In this document: positions 10,070 through 18,773 of the stretch, one piece after another
How the letters are laid out: each line of letters opens with the position of its first letter
Position numbering within the stretch: position 1 is the first letter of the stretch
Assembly (NCBI GenBank): GCA_963849945.1
Contig: CAWKJD010000003.1
Coordinates: 232,678 to 296,677, forward strand
DNA from: an uncultured Bacteroidales bacterium
Lineage (GTDB): Bacteria; Bacteroidota; Bacteroidia; Bacteroidales; VadinHA17
Direction: 5' to 3'
Length of the DNA stretch: 64,000 bases
The notes under the pieces: model-generated
Told to the model about the DNA's origin: nothing
The model's database searches: none
What the model saw: the letters and a program-made list of their open reading frames with translations, nothing else
Made by a program: the position numbers and the translations under genes

Positions 10070-10918
10070 TCAGCTCCTGTATTGTGCCCTGTAGTCGCGT
10101 GCAGACATTCCCGCGTGCTTTCGGAACTGCTTGTTGAAGTTTGATACTGTAGCGAATCCGCACTCGAAGACTATCTCATTTATCTGGTGGTCGGTTTCCC
10201 GGAGGAGGTAGCATGCTTTATTTGTCCGCACCTGGTTCACATAGTCGACAAAACCGCTTCCCGTGCTGTGTGAGAAGAAGCGGCTGAATGAATGAGGACT
10301 CATTTTTGCAATGGCTGCGACCTCCTTAACGGGTATAGGCCTGAAGAAGTTCTCCCTGACAAACGAGCATACATCAGTCAGGCGCCCGTCAATCACTTCA
10401 TGTCCGTTATCAGAGGCTTCTCCCGAGAGCAGCTTATATTTTTCAGCAGAACATAAAGTCTCGAAAAGCTGAAACAGGCTTACCATCTTCCTCATGCCAG
10501 TCTCTGTAAGCATTCTCCTGAGAGGCTCTTCAGCTGCTCTTCCGGTCTCAGCTGTAAAGGAGATGCCCCTTGAAGCGTCATCAAGCAGGCGACGCAGCTG
10601 CATCATCTCAAATTGCGACAGAATAGGTTCTCCAAGCGATTCACGCTTGAAATGACACATGATGGCATGATAGCCCGTGTCGTTCTCATCCTTTTTGTAG
10701 AAGTTCCAGAAGTGTTTAAGGTCAGGACCGTAAATCACAAGATCATAGCGGTCAAAGATCTCCACCGAGTCACCCGCCACGCGCGTTCCGTTGCCGGTGA
10801 TATTCAGGACAATCTCATATTCAGGATGGACATGCAGAAAACTGCTCTCGCTGTCGATCCATTCAGCCCTGAAGCCGGAGCCGTCATCATGCCTGATGCT
10901 GATAATTTCAGGAATCAT
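10070..10918 (-). CDS. AraC-family transcriptional regulator with cupin sensor domain
   Basis: HVHPEYEI cupin, FSRFF and ECGFATVSNFNKQFRK double HTH. Confidence 0.9.
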   Translation of the reverse strand: MIPEIISIRHDDGSGFRAEWIDSESSFLHVHPEYEIVLNITGNGTRVAGDSVEIFDRYDLVIYGPDLKHFWNFYKKDENDTGYHAIMCHFKRESLGEPILSQFEMMQLRRLLDDASRGISFTAETGRAAEEPLRRMLTETGMRKMVSLFQLFETLCSAEKYKLLSGEASDNGHEVIDGRLTDVCSFVRENFFRPIPVKEVAAIAKMSPHSFSRFFSHSTGSGFVDYVNQVRTNKACYLLRETDHQINEIVFECGFATVSNFNKQFRKHAGMSARDYRAQYRS

Positions 10919-11035
10919 AAGGAAAAATGTTTAATGTCAGGGTAAGTAATGATCCAAATATTCCGACTAAAATTACTAAAGTAAATGAGAACTGGGTCCG
11001 GCGTTTATCACCATAATTCATTATTTCGTCAAATA

Positions 11036-11067
11036 TTTGCTTTGTGTGAAATATTTTGTTATATTTG
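11036..11067 (+). promoter_or_regulatory. Bacteroidota housekeeping promoter (-33 TTTG / -7 TATATTTG)
   Basis: TTTG at 11036-11039, 20-nt spacer, TATATTTG at 11060-11067. Confidence 0.7.
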
Positions 11068-11089
11068 TATCAAAGCTATTGCTTAAGGT

Positions 11090-11272
11090 AAAAAGAGGAG
11101 AGCAAGGGTTACTTGTGGGAATCAAAAGGATTGTATTGCAGACATTGACTTTCACATGGACCTATCGGCTGACTACCATAGGTTACTTCCTTTTATCAGA
11201 CAGTAGATTCCGGGATTATCTCATAAGCCCGTTCCTTAAAGCTCCACATTGACCCTCTCCTCTTTCTTTTTT
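11090..11272 (+). ncRNA. Candidate structured non-coding RNA (unassigned family)
   Basis: AAAGAGGAGAG (11092-11102) is perfectly complementary to CTCTCCTCTTT (11255-11265). Further pairing GGGTTA/TGACCC and TGTGG/CCACA, internal hairpins, own promoter, 3' T-run. Confidence 0.55.
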
Positions 11273-11282
11273 GTACCTGCCC

Positions 11283-11984
11283 ATGAAAACCTTCCTACGA
11301 CGATTTGAGAATAACAGGGAACTGATCATCCTCTTTGGTACGTGGGGTATCGATGAAAAGGCTTTTTCAACTCTCTGCAGTGACAAGGTTGATTTTATCC
11401 TATTCTATAACTATTCAGCTGACGAGCCACTCATTCTGCCGGAGATGAAGACTTACAGGAGGGTGACCGTTATCGGGTGGTCGCTGGGAGTATGGGCTGC
11501 AGAGTATTACAGCCGCAGGATGGGCATAAAACCTGATCTGACTATCGCCATTAACGGTACACCTGTGGCGGCTGATGATAAATACGGAATTCCCCTGAGA
11601 ATATTTGAGGCAACCCTCGAGAATATCTCCAACTACAGCATGGGGAAGTTTTATCTCAGGGTTTTCGGTACGCGCAGCCGCTTTGAGATGAACAGACAGA
11701 ATATACCTTCCCGCTCCGAAAAGTCGCTCCATGACGAACTGCGGTGGCTCTACAACAGGATGATGGAGCCTGTGGCAACAGGTTTTGTCTGGGATTATTC
11801 GCTAATAGGCTCGGAAGACAGGGTATTCAGAGCATCAAACCTTATCAGTTACTGGTCAGAGCACCCTGAGACAAGGCAGATAATAGTTAATGCACCGCAT
11901 TATCTTTTTGATAACTGGGACACTATTGAAGACCTGATAAGGTTTGTAAGAAGGTTCCGTCTTTCGCCTTTCCGCAATAAATAA
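11283..11984 (+). CDS. DUF452/BioG-type alpha/beta hydrolase (pimeloyl-ACP methyl ester esterase-like)
   Basis: LIILFGTWG, GWSLGVWAA nucleophile elbow, AINGTP...YGIP..IF..TL, C-terminal PHY. Confidence 0.75.
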   Translation: MKTFLRRFENNRELIILFGTWGIDEKAFSTLCSDKVDFILFYNYSADEPLILPEMKTYRRVTVIGWSLGVWAAEYYSRRMGIKPDLTIAINGTPVAADDKYGIPLRIFEATLENISNYSMGKFYLRVFGTRSRFEMNRQNIPSRSEKSLHDELRWLYNRMMEPVATGFVWDYSLIGSEDRVFRASNLISYWSEHPETRQIIVNAPHYLFDNWDTIEDLIRFVRRFRLSPFRNK

Positions 11985-11987
11985 TTC

Positions 11988-13325
11988 TTAAACGTCACGC
12001 AGGAGTACATTTGCCTCAGATGTGGCAATCATTGTCTCAAACGTGGTCAGCGCGGCGTCAATCTTCTTGTAGTCTGCGTTATTAACCACGATTTTATGAG
12101 ATGAGCCTGAATTGTCAAGCTTTTCGAGGACGAATGAAAGGGTCATCCTGTTGATATCGGTGGCCGGCTGATAGACATATCTGTCCTCAGTGTCATCCCA
12201 GAATTCAGTCGCGAGTCCGGCACCATGCAAATCGTCGAGGCATTCATGTACGGTTCTGACCGGTAAACTGAGCTCAAGAGATATCTCTTCAGGCGATCTC
12301 GGCTTAACCCCTTTAATAAAGTCATTGGTCAGGAAACGCAGCACAAGGAGCGACAGCCTTTTTTTCTGTCTCGGTGAAACCGTCTGGACATCAAATTCGA
12401 ACTCATATCGTGTTATGTTCTGGAGATAATATGAAAGCTGAGCCCCCACAAGCACCACCACCCAGCTCATCTGCACCCATATCATCAGAAGTGGTATGGC
12501 TGCAAAGCTCCCGTACAGGGTACCGAGTTTTGATATCCCCATCTGCGATTCTACATACAGTATCTGCAGGATCTGGAGAGCAATACCTGCCAGCAGACCT
12601 GCCACTGCAGCCGGTCTTACCTTTACCCTGGTGTTAGGCATCACAAGATATGCCGCGGTAGCCAGGGCACACAACAGAATATACGGAACCATCTGGACAA
12701 GGAATGAAACCACTGGTTTCAGCCCATCAAGAATATCAGACTTGCTGAGCAGGTCATTGAGCCTGGTCGATGCAAGCACTGTGACGCTGCTGGATGCTAT
12801 CAGTACAATTGGCAGAAGAATGATAATGGCAAGATAATCGGTTATCTGGCGATACCACGCCCTCGTCTCTTCGACCCTCCAGATCGAGTTGAGGGTGGTC
12901 TCAACGTAGGAGAGCAGCTGACCGGTCGTATAAAATAACAATGCAACACCCACCCCTGCTATCCATCCCCCGCTGGCCTGCTCAAGCATGGTATTGGCGA
13001 AATCAAGAATCCAGGCCATCACCTGTTCCTCGTTGTGGAACTGCGTAATAATCTGAGCTCTCAGCTGATCCTGCATTCCAAACCCCTTTGCAATACCGAA
13101 ACCCAGTGCCACCATGGGTATTACCGACAATATGGTAAAAAAGGTGAGGGCTGAGGCTTTAATATAGATATTATCCCTCTTTATACCTTTGAAAACCATG
13201 TAGATAATACGTATCTGACAAATCCAGTAAGCTTTGTTTCCAGTGAGCCTGTTCATCGGAGTCTTCCAGATATCTGTCCGGATCCTGTTATAAGTCTCCT
13301 TGATCCATTTAAAGGGATTCTTCAT
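11988..13325 (-). CDS. YihY/BrkB-family membrane protein with C-terminal wHTH
   Basis: ASALTFFTILSVIP, LNSIW, YGSFAAIPLLMIW. Confidence 0.88.
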   Translation of the reverse strand: MKNPFKWIKETYNRIRTDIWKTPMNRLTGNKAYWICQIRIIYMVFKGIKRDNIYIKASALTFFTILSVIPMVALGFGIAKGFGMQDQLRAQIITQFHNEEQVMAWILDFANTMLEQASGGWIAGVGVALLFYTTGQLLSYVETTLNSIWRVEETRAWYRQITDYLAIIILLPIVLIASSSVTVLASTRLNDLLSKSDILDGLKPVVSFLVQMVPYILLCALATAAYLVMPNTRVKVRPAAVAGLLAGIALQILQILYVESQMGISKLGTLYGSFAAIPLLMIWVQMSWVVVLVGAQLSYYLQNITRYEFEFDVQTVSPRQKKRLSLLVLRFLTNDFIKGVKPRSPEEISLELSLPVRTVHECLDDLHGAGLATEFWDDTEDRYVYQPATDINRMTLSFVLEKLDNSGSSHKIVVNNADYKKIDAALTTFETMIATSEANVLLRDV

Positions 13326-13407
13326 TTTCAAAGATTTATACCGGACTACAAATTTAACAAATGATCTTCAAACACTATTATTATCTTCACATTTTGAAAT
13401 CAGAAGG

Positions 13408-14109
13408 ATGATTATCACCATTAAAGAGTTTTTCAGGGGAGCACAAGAGGCTGAGGGAGTGACAGTTATAATTGACGTCTTCAGAGCCTTCAGCACTGCA
13501 TGCTATGCTTTTGACAGCGGTATCAGGCGACTTATTGATGTTGCCACCCCTGACGAAGCATTTACTCTCAGGGAAAAACTGAAAACCGGGACAATTATTG
13601 CAGGAGAATGTGATGAGAAGAAGCCTGAAGGCTTCGATATGGGTAACAGTCCTACTGAAATGATGACCGGCAACCTGCAGGGAAAAACGATGATACATTG
13701 CACAATGGCAGGCACGAACGGCATAATGAGGGCGACGGGTGCCACAGAAATACTGGGTGCAGGACTGGTAAATGCCGGAGCAGTAGCCTCTTATATCAAT
13801 ATGATCAATCCGGGGAAGGTGACCCTTGTTGCAATGGGATACCGGGGAGTTGATTCAGCTGAGGAAGACCTCCTTTGCGCCAGATACATTAAAGAACTGC
13901 TGAATGGCAATGAGACAGATATTAATGATGAGATAAATGCCCTGAGAAAAGGGTCAGGAAGCAGATTCTTCAATCCGGAAAACATTTCTTTCAGCCCCCC
14001 TACCGACTTCTTCCTGTGCACTGACCTGAACAGGTTCAACTTTGTACTTAAAGCTGTAATGACCACCTCAGGCTATGCCGAAATTCTCAGACTTGACATG
14101 AACCATTAG
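13408..14109 (+). CDS. 2-phosphosulfolactate phosphatase-family protein (ComB-like)
   Basis: VIIDVFRAFST, GFDMGNSP, AGTNG, EEDLLCA. ATG at 13408. Confidence 0.85.
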   Translation: MIITIKEFFRGAQEAEGVTVIIDVFRAFSTACYAFDSGIRRLIDVATPDEAFTLREKLKTGTIIAGECDEKKPEGFDMGNSPTEMMTGNLQGKTMIHCTMAGTNGIMRATGATEILGAGLVNAGAVASYINMINPGKVTLVAMGYRGVDSAEEDLLCARYIKELLNGNETDINDEINALRKGSGSRFFNPENISFSPPTDFFLCTDLNRFNFVLKAVMTTSGYAEILRLDMNH

Positions 14110-14159
14110 TATTATCTGGCAGGAAAATTGTATAACTCAATTCAGCTAGTTATCCCGAT

Positions 14160-15608
14160 ATGAAATTTAAGTACTTCATCACAATAACTCTGGCTTTGGC
14201 ATTGCCGGGTTTTTCTCTGCTGAGCGGCCAGACCGGCCATTCTGTCGGAATCACAGTCAAGGGGGCTCCGGAAACAAAAATAAGACTTGCATATCATCTT
14301 GGCAGTGAGCAATATATAAAAGACAGCTTAACCACTGATAGAGATGGAAGGGGAAGGTTTACGGGCAGTGAAAAGCTACTGCCAGGTGTTTATATGATTG
14401 TATTTCCGGGGAACACATTTTTTGAGTTCCTTGCAGGTGAAGATCAGCATTTTGACATCAGCTGTGATATGAAGGACCCTGTGGGGACACTGGCTTTCAT
14501 TGGTTCGGATGAAAATGACCGGTTCCTGGAGTACCAGCGTAAGTGGAAGTCGCTTCAGGAAGAGGCCACGGCCGTAAGTGAAAAACTCAAAGCGGCATCA
14601 CCCTCCGGCGGTGAGGCGGTTGCATTAAGGCAACAACTCAGTGATCTCGAAACAAAAATGAAGCAGTACCTCAGGGAAACGTCGGAAAACAACAAAGGCA
14701 CCCTCCTGGGAGCCATAGCGAGGTCAATTATCCCTGTCGAACCCAATCCTCAGAAAGTCCCGGCAGGGATGGCAAACCCTGATTCAATTTCGCGTATATG
14801 GTCATATCTCTACTATAAGGATCATTTCTTTGACAATATTGACTTTTCAGAGCCGGGCCTGATCCGGAGCCCAGTACTGGGCGGAAAGCTTGAACAGTTC
14901 TTCAGCCAGGTTGTGATACAAATGCCGGATTCAATAAACAGGGAAGCTGACAGGGTACTGGACATGAGCAGTAAAAACAAAGAAGTCTTCCAGTATGTTG
15001 CCATGTGGCTGCTGAACAGGTACGCCACAAGCGAGATAATGGGACAGGATGCCGTTGTGGTTCATCTTGCCGACAGGGTTTACCTTGCCGGAAAGGCACC
15101 CTGGGCTTCAGAAGAGTATATAAATGAATTAAGGAAAAGAGTTGACAGGCTCAGGCCGAACCTGATCGGCACGAAAGCCGCAGAGATGGTCATGAGCAGC
15201 TTCGCCGGATATTATGTATCACTCTATGATGTCAAGGCTGAATTCACCATAGTCTATTTCTGGGAGCCTGATTGCGGACACTGCAAAGAGGCAACACCGG
15301 TCCTCAAGGCATATTATGATGCTAACAAAGACAAAGGAATTGAGGTATTTGCAGTCTGCACACAGTCTGACCGGGAAAAATGGGAGACTTATATAGCTGA
15401 CCACGGGCTTAATTGGATCAACGGCTGGGACCCCCAGCGCTTAAGCCGCTTTGATTATTTCTACAACGTCGAATCGACTCCTCTTGTCTATATCCTCGAC
15501 AGGGATAAAAAGATTATTGCCAAACGAATTTCTGTTGAAGATATTGGACCATTCATCGAAAACTACCGGAAATATGAAGCCCAGCTTCAGTCGCCGGCCG
15601 GGAGGTGA
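14160..15608 (+). CDS. Exported redoxin/TlpA-like protein (DUF4369/DUF5106 + thioredoxin domain)
   Basis: Signal peptide, FWEPDCGHC CxxC motif, YNVESTP cis-Pro loop. Confidence 0.8.
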   Translation: MKFKYFITITLALALPGFSLLSGQTGHSVGITVKGAPETKIRLAYHLGSEQYIKDSLTTDRDGRGRFTGSEKLLPGVYMIVFPGNTFFEFLAGEDQHFDISCDMKDPVGTLAFIGSDENDRFLEYQRKWKSLQEEATAVSEKLKAASPSGGEAVALRQQLSDLETKMKQYLRETSENNKGTLLGAIARSIIPVEPNPQKVPAGMANPDSISRIWSYLYYKDHFFDNIDFSEPGLIRSPVLGGKLEQFFSQVVIQMPDSINREADRVLDMSSKNKEVFQYVAMWLLNRYATSEIMGQDAVVVHLADRVYLAGKAPWASEEYINELRKRVDRLRPNLIGTKAAEMVMSSFAGYYVSLYDVKAEFTIVYFWEPDCGHCKEATPVLKAYYDANKDKGIEVFAVCTQSDREKWETYIADHGLNWINGWDPQRLSRFDYFYNVESTPLVYILDRDKKIIAKRISVEDIGPFIENYRKYEAQLQSPAGR

Positions 15609-16597
15609 CTTATCAGGTTATATAAGGAAGTATAACACTCTATTTCTGAATTATTTATCAGTATCCATTCAATTGTGTTGCCGGTTTCATTGACGATCAC
15701 TTTCAGATCAGCAGCAGGCATAATCATATAGCCTGATCTCCGCAACGCTCTTTCGGTAAGTTCCCTTACAACACCTGTGCTTTCCAGTGCAACCGGCGAC
15801 AGTCTTTTTCTAACAAAACTGAATGTTCCGGCCGTCTGACTGAAAGAAAGAAGGGGGCTTTCAAAGGTTCTGGCAAGAATACCCGATATCATAAGATCTT
15901 CCGGGGCTCCCTGTGTTACTCCCTCTTCTGTCATCAGCCATAACCTGTCGGCCTCATTTATCGCCGTATCCAGATCGTGAGTTGAGTAAATAACGCATTT
16001 GCCCTTTTCCCTTGTCAGCTTCCTGAGGAGACCGACGATGCTGTACCGTGACGGCAGGTCAAGGAAAGCGGTAGGTTCATCCATAACCAGAAGGTCGGTG
16101 TCCTGGGCAAGTGAACGTGCTATCAGTGTCCGCTGTCTTTCACCATCCGATATATTATCAATATTACGGTCAGCCAGGGGAAGTAAACCGGTAACCTCAA
16201 GAGCTTCATTGACATACCTTTCATCATCGGCATTCAGCGACCCGATCCAGTTTGTATATGGAAAGCGTCCGAGGGCGACCACTTCCCGGACTTTTATATT
16301 TCGCATTGCGATGGGCTCCGTAGAAGTGAAGCTCACGATCCTGGGCAGGCCTGACCTGCCTATTGTGTGTATATCCCTGCCTTCCAGTCTGACAATTCCA
16401 TGCAGGGAAGGCTGCAGTGCCACCATCGTCCTGAGAAGAGTGCTCTTGCCTGTGCCGTTACGCCCTATCAGTGCCACGAGCTCGCCATGGTGCGCGGTCA
16501 GAGAAAGATGATCCATCACCGTCCTGCCCATACCCTGTGTCAGGTAACCGATGGCAAGGTCAATTGTCTCTGCAATAATATTACCTGTCCCCGTCAT
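15587..16597 (-). CDS. Cobalamin/iron-chelate ABC transporter ATP-binding subunit (BtuD-like)
   Basis: GRNGTGKST Walker A, SDGERQR, MDEPTAFLD, STHD. ATG at 16597 overlaps the permease stop. Confidence 0.88.
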   Translation of the reverse strand: MTGTGNIIAETIDLAIGYLTQGMGRTVMDHLSLTAHHGELVALIGRNGTGKSTLLRTMVALQPSLHGIVRLEGRDIHTIGRSGLPRIVSFTSTEPIAMRNIKVREVVALGRFPYTNWIGSLNADDERYVNEALEVTGLLPLADRNIDNISDGERQRTLIARSLAQDTDLLVMDEPTAFLDLPSRYSIVGLLRKLTREKGKCVIYSTHDLDTAINEADRLWLMTEEGVTQGAPEDLMISGILARTFESPLLSFSQTAGTFSFVRKRLSPVALESTGVVRELTERALRRSGYMIMPAADLKVIVNETGNTIEWILINNSEIECYTSLYNLISHLPAGD

Positions 16598-17634
16598 AAT
16601 TTCTTCACGAGTCCCGCTCTGCCCAATATGATCCACAACACAACAGGTATACCTATCAGTGAGGTCACGGTGTTGACCGGTATTATCTGGCCTCCGCCTG
16701 GCAGTGTTGAGATTATGTCACTTATCAGTAGTATCACGGCTCCGCATATAGCCACACCCGGCATGAGAGTGCGGTGGTCGGTTGTGCCAAGGATAATGCG
16801 TGTAATATGAGGAACAGCAACGCCTATAAAGGCCAGGGGACCGCAGAATGCGGTGACGCTTCCTGCAAGGATGCTGGCTGAGGCAAGCAGAACGATCCTT
16901 GTCCTTTTCAGATCAACTCCCACTGTTTTTGAGAAGCTTTCGCCCATAAGCATGGCATTGAGTGGCTTGACCATAATAAAGGCTATCAGCATTCCTGCAA
17001 GTACAGCCAAAGACAGTATCCTGATCTGAGGATAGGACATATTGCCCAGGTTGCCCATCGTCCATATGACATATGTCTTGAGCATAGCTTCATTGCTGAA
17101 GTACTGCAAAAGGCTCACTACGGCTGAGATGGCGCTGGCCAGAAGCAGTCCGACGATAAGTACTGTCATTATGTCGCGAACGCGTGCCGAGACAGCCATG
17201 ATTATCGCCATCACCGCTCCGGCGCCGGCCCACGCAGCCAGTATCAGGCTCCAGCCCTGCAGCGGACTGCCGGGGTTGAAGCTGAAGAGTGGCGTGATTG
17301 TCAGCACTGTCAGTGCAACGCCCAGGCCGGCGCCGGAGCTGACACCAAGTACATCAGGACCGGCAAGGGGATTGCGGAAGAGAGTCTGCATCAGCAATCC
17401 GCTGACTGACATCGCAGCACCTGCAATGACCGCCGTCAGAGCCTTGGGAAGGCGGAACTGCATTGTTATGATCTCACCGCCGGGTGTCCCCTGACCGAAG
17501 AGCGATCTGAGCACATCACCGGCTTCAAGACGCGTGCTGCCAACCAGCAGATCAACCATCAGAAGCACGATCATGAGCAGGAACAGGGCAATAATACTCA
17601 GGCGCTGTGACTGCTGTTTTGGTTTTCCGCTCAT
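16594..17634 (-). CDS. Cobalamin/iron-chelate ABC permease (BtuC/FecCD family)
   Basis: RLPKA, QTLFRNPLAGPDVLGVSSGA, GPLAFIG..VPH. Confidence 0.9.
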   Translation of the reverse strand: MSGKPKQQSQRLSIIALFLLMIVLLMVDLLVGSTRLEAGDVLRSLFGQGTPGGEIITMQFRLPKALTAVIAGAAMSVSGLLMQTLFRNPLAGPDVLGVSSGAGLGVALTVLTITPLFSFNPGSPLQGWSLILAAWAGAGAVMAIIMAVSARVRDIMTVLIVGLLLASAISAVVSLLQYFSNEAMLKTYVIWTMGNLGNMSYPQIRILSLAVLAGMLIAFIMVKPLNAMLMGESFSKTVGVDLKRTRIVLLASASILAGSVTAFCGPLAFIGVAVPHITRIILGTTDHRTLMPGVAICGAVILLISDIISTLPGGGQIIPVNTVTSLIGIPVVLWIILGRAGLVKKL

Positions 17635-18773
17635 TTCAGCCTCCTGTAATAAAGTTGTTTGTGGTCAGGCAATAACTCGGGATGAATGATGCTGATAATG
17701 TCCTCCAGCAGAAGGTCAGGGCGCACAACAGCGCTCTCCCAGTAGTCATTTCCGCCTGAGGGTGTCGTTCTGTTCCTGTTGTTCCATATGTTTCCGGACC
17801 TGTAGACCAGCAGCTTCGTCATGCGATGATCTGCTGCAGCTATTTCGTCAAGACTTCCGGCTGTTCCGGGATTAATCCATATATCCGCCTCCGTGGCCCG
17901 TCTGAAGACTGCCTCGACCGAGAAAGGCACTGAATTTGGTTCGCGGAGATCATCAAAGAGATACTTCCCCCCGGCATCTGAAATGAGTCTTCCAATATAT
18001 GAATTGACCGGTGCAATATACCATACACCCTCCCATGGAGCACCCAGCAACACCTCAGGATGTTCCTTCACATTGGCTCTGACCATGTCAGCATGGCTTA
18101 GATAAGCGTCGGAAACCTTTCTGAAAAGACTGTCGGCCAGGGCTTCTTTTCCTGTAAGCAGCCCGAACACCCTTATCCATTCGCACCTGGCAAGGGGGTG
18201 TTCCTCAAGGTAATCAGCATTATACATGACCTTCACCCCCATTTCTTCAAGCTTGCGCAGATATTCTGCTGATGAGGCCCCCACACCGTATGCTATGAGA
18301 AGGTCAGGTTTCAGTGAAACAACAAGCTCCTTATCAAGATTGCTTTCATAGCCTACATCAGATATCCTGCCGCGATTAATTGCTTCCTGAATTAGCGAGT
18401 CATAAATAAGATCAGTACCCGATATGCCGACAATGGTTTCAACAGCATCAAGGGCTCTCAGCATTGCTGTATGCGTTGTTGACATGCATACGATCCTCTG
18501 AACAGGAACCCTAATAACCGACGCTTCCGGAACTGTGTCAGGCAGCCCGGCATCACGATTGACAATGTAATAAACCAGCTCAGTGCCGCTTGTGTTTTGC
18601 CACGGATTTGTGATGACAAGCCTCCTGTAACCCGCAAATTCATCAATACGGAAGTGCGATGCGGAATATCCTGCACTTTTAGTAGTGTCATTCAGGTTTT
18701 CCGCAGGGCGATTGCCATTGCGGCAGGAAGAAAGTAAAAGGGTTGCTGCAAGAAGAACTGCATCAATTCTCAT
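17631..18773 (-). CDS. ABC substrate-binding lipoprotein (BtuF-like)
   Basis: Lipobox LSSC, VPVQRIVCMSTTH, EEHPLARCEW, GGNDYWES..VRPD. Confidence 0.85.
   Translation of the reverse strand: MRIDAVLLAATLLLSSCRNGNRPAENLNDTTKSAGYSASHFRIDEFAGYRRLVITNPWQNTSGTELVYYIVNRDAGLPDTVPEASVIRVPVQRIVCMSTTHTAMLRALDAVETIVGISGTDLIYDSLIQEAINRGRISDVGYESNLDKELVVSLKPDLLIAYGVGASSAEYLRKLEEMGVKVMYNADYLEEHPLARCEWIRVFGLLTGKEALADSLFRKVSDAYLSHADMVRANVKEHPEVLLGAPWEGVWYIAPVNSYIGRLISDAGGKYLFDDLREPNSVPFSVEAVFRRATEADIWINPGTAGSLDEIAAADHRMTKLLVYRSGNIWNNRNRTTPSGGNDYWESAVVRPDLLLEDIISIIHPELLPDHKQLYYRRLK

Noticed and set aside
11037-11252. 71-aa ORF over the candidate ncRNA
   Set aside because: Its TTG start lies within the promoter's -33 box, upstream of the predicted TSS, and it has no protein-like motifs. 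End-to-end complementarity explains the region better.
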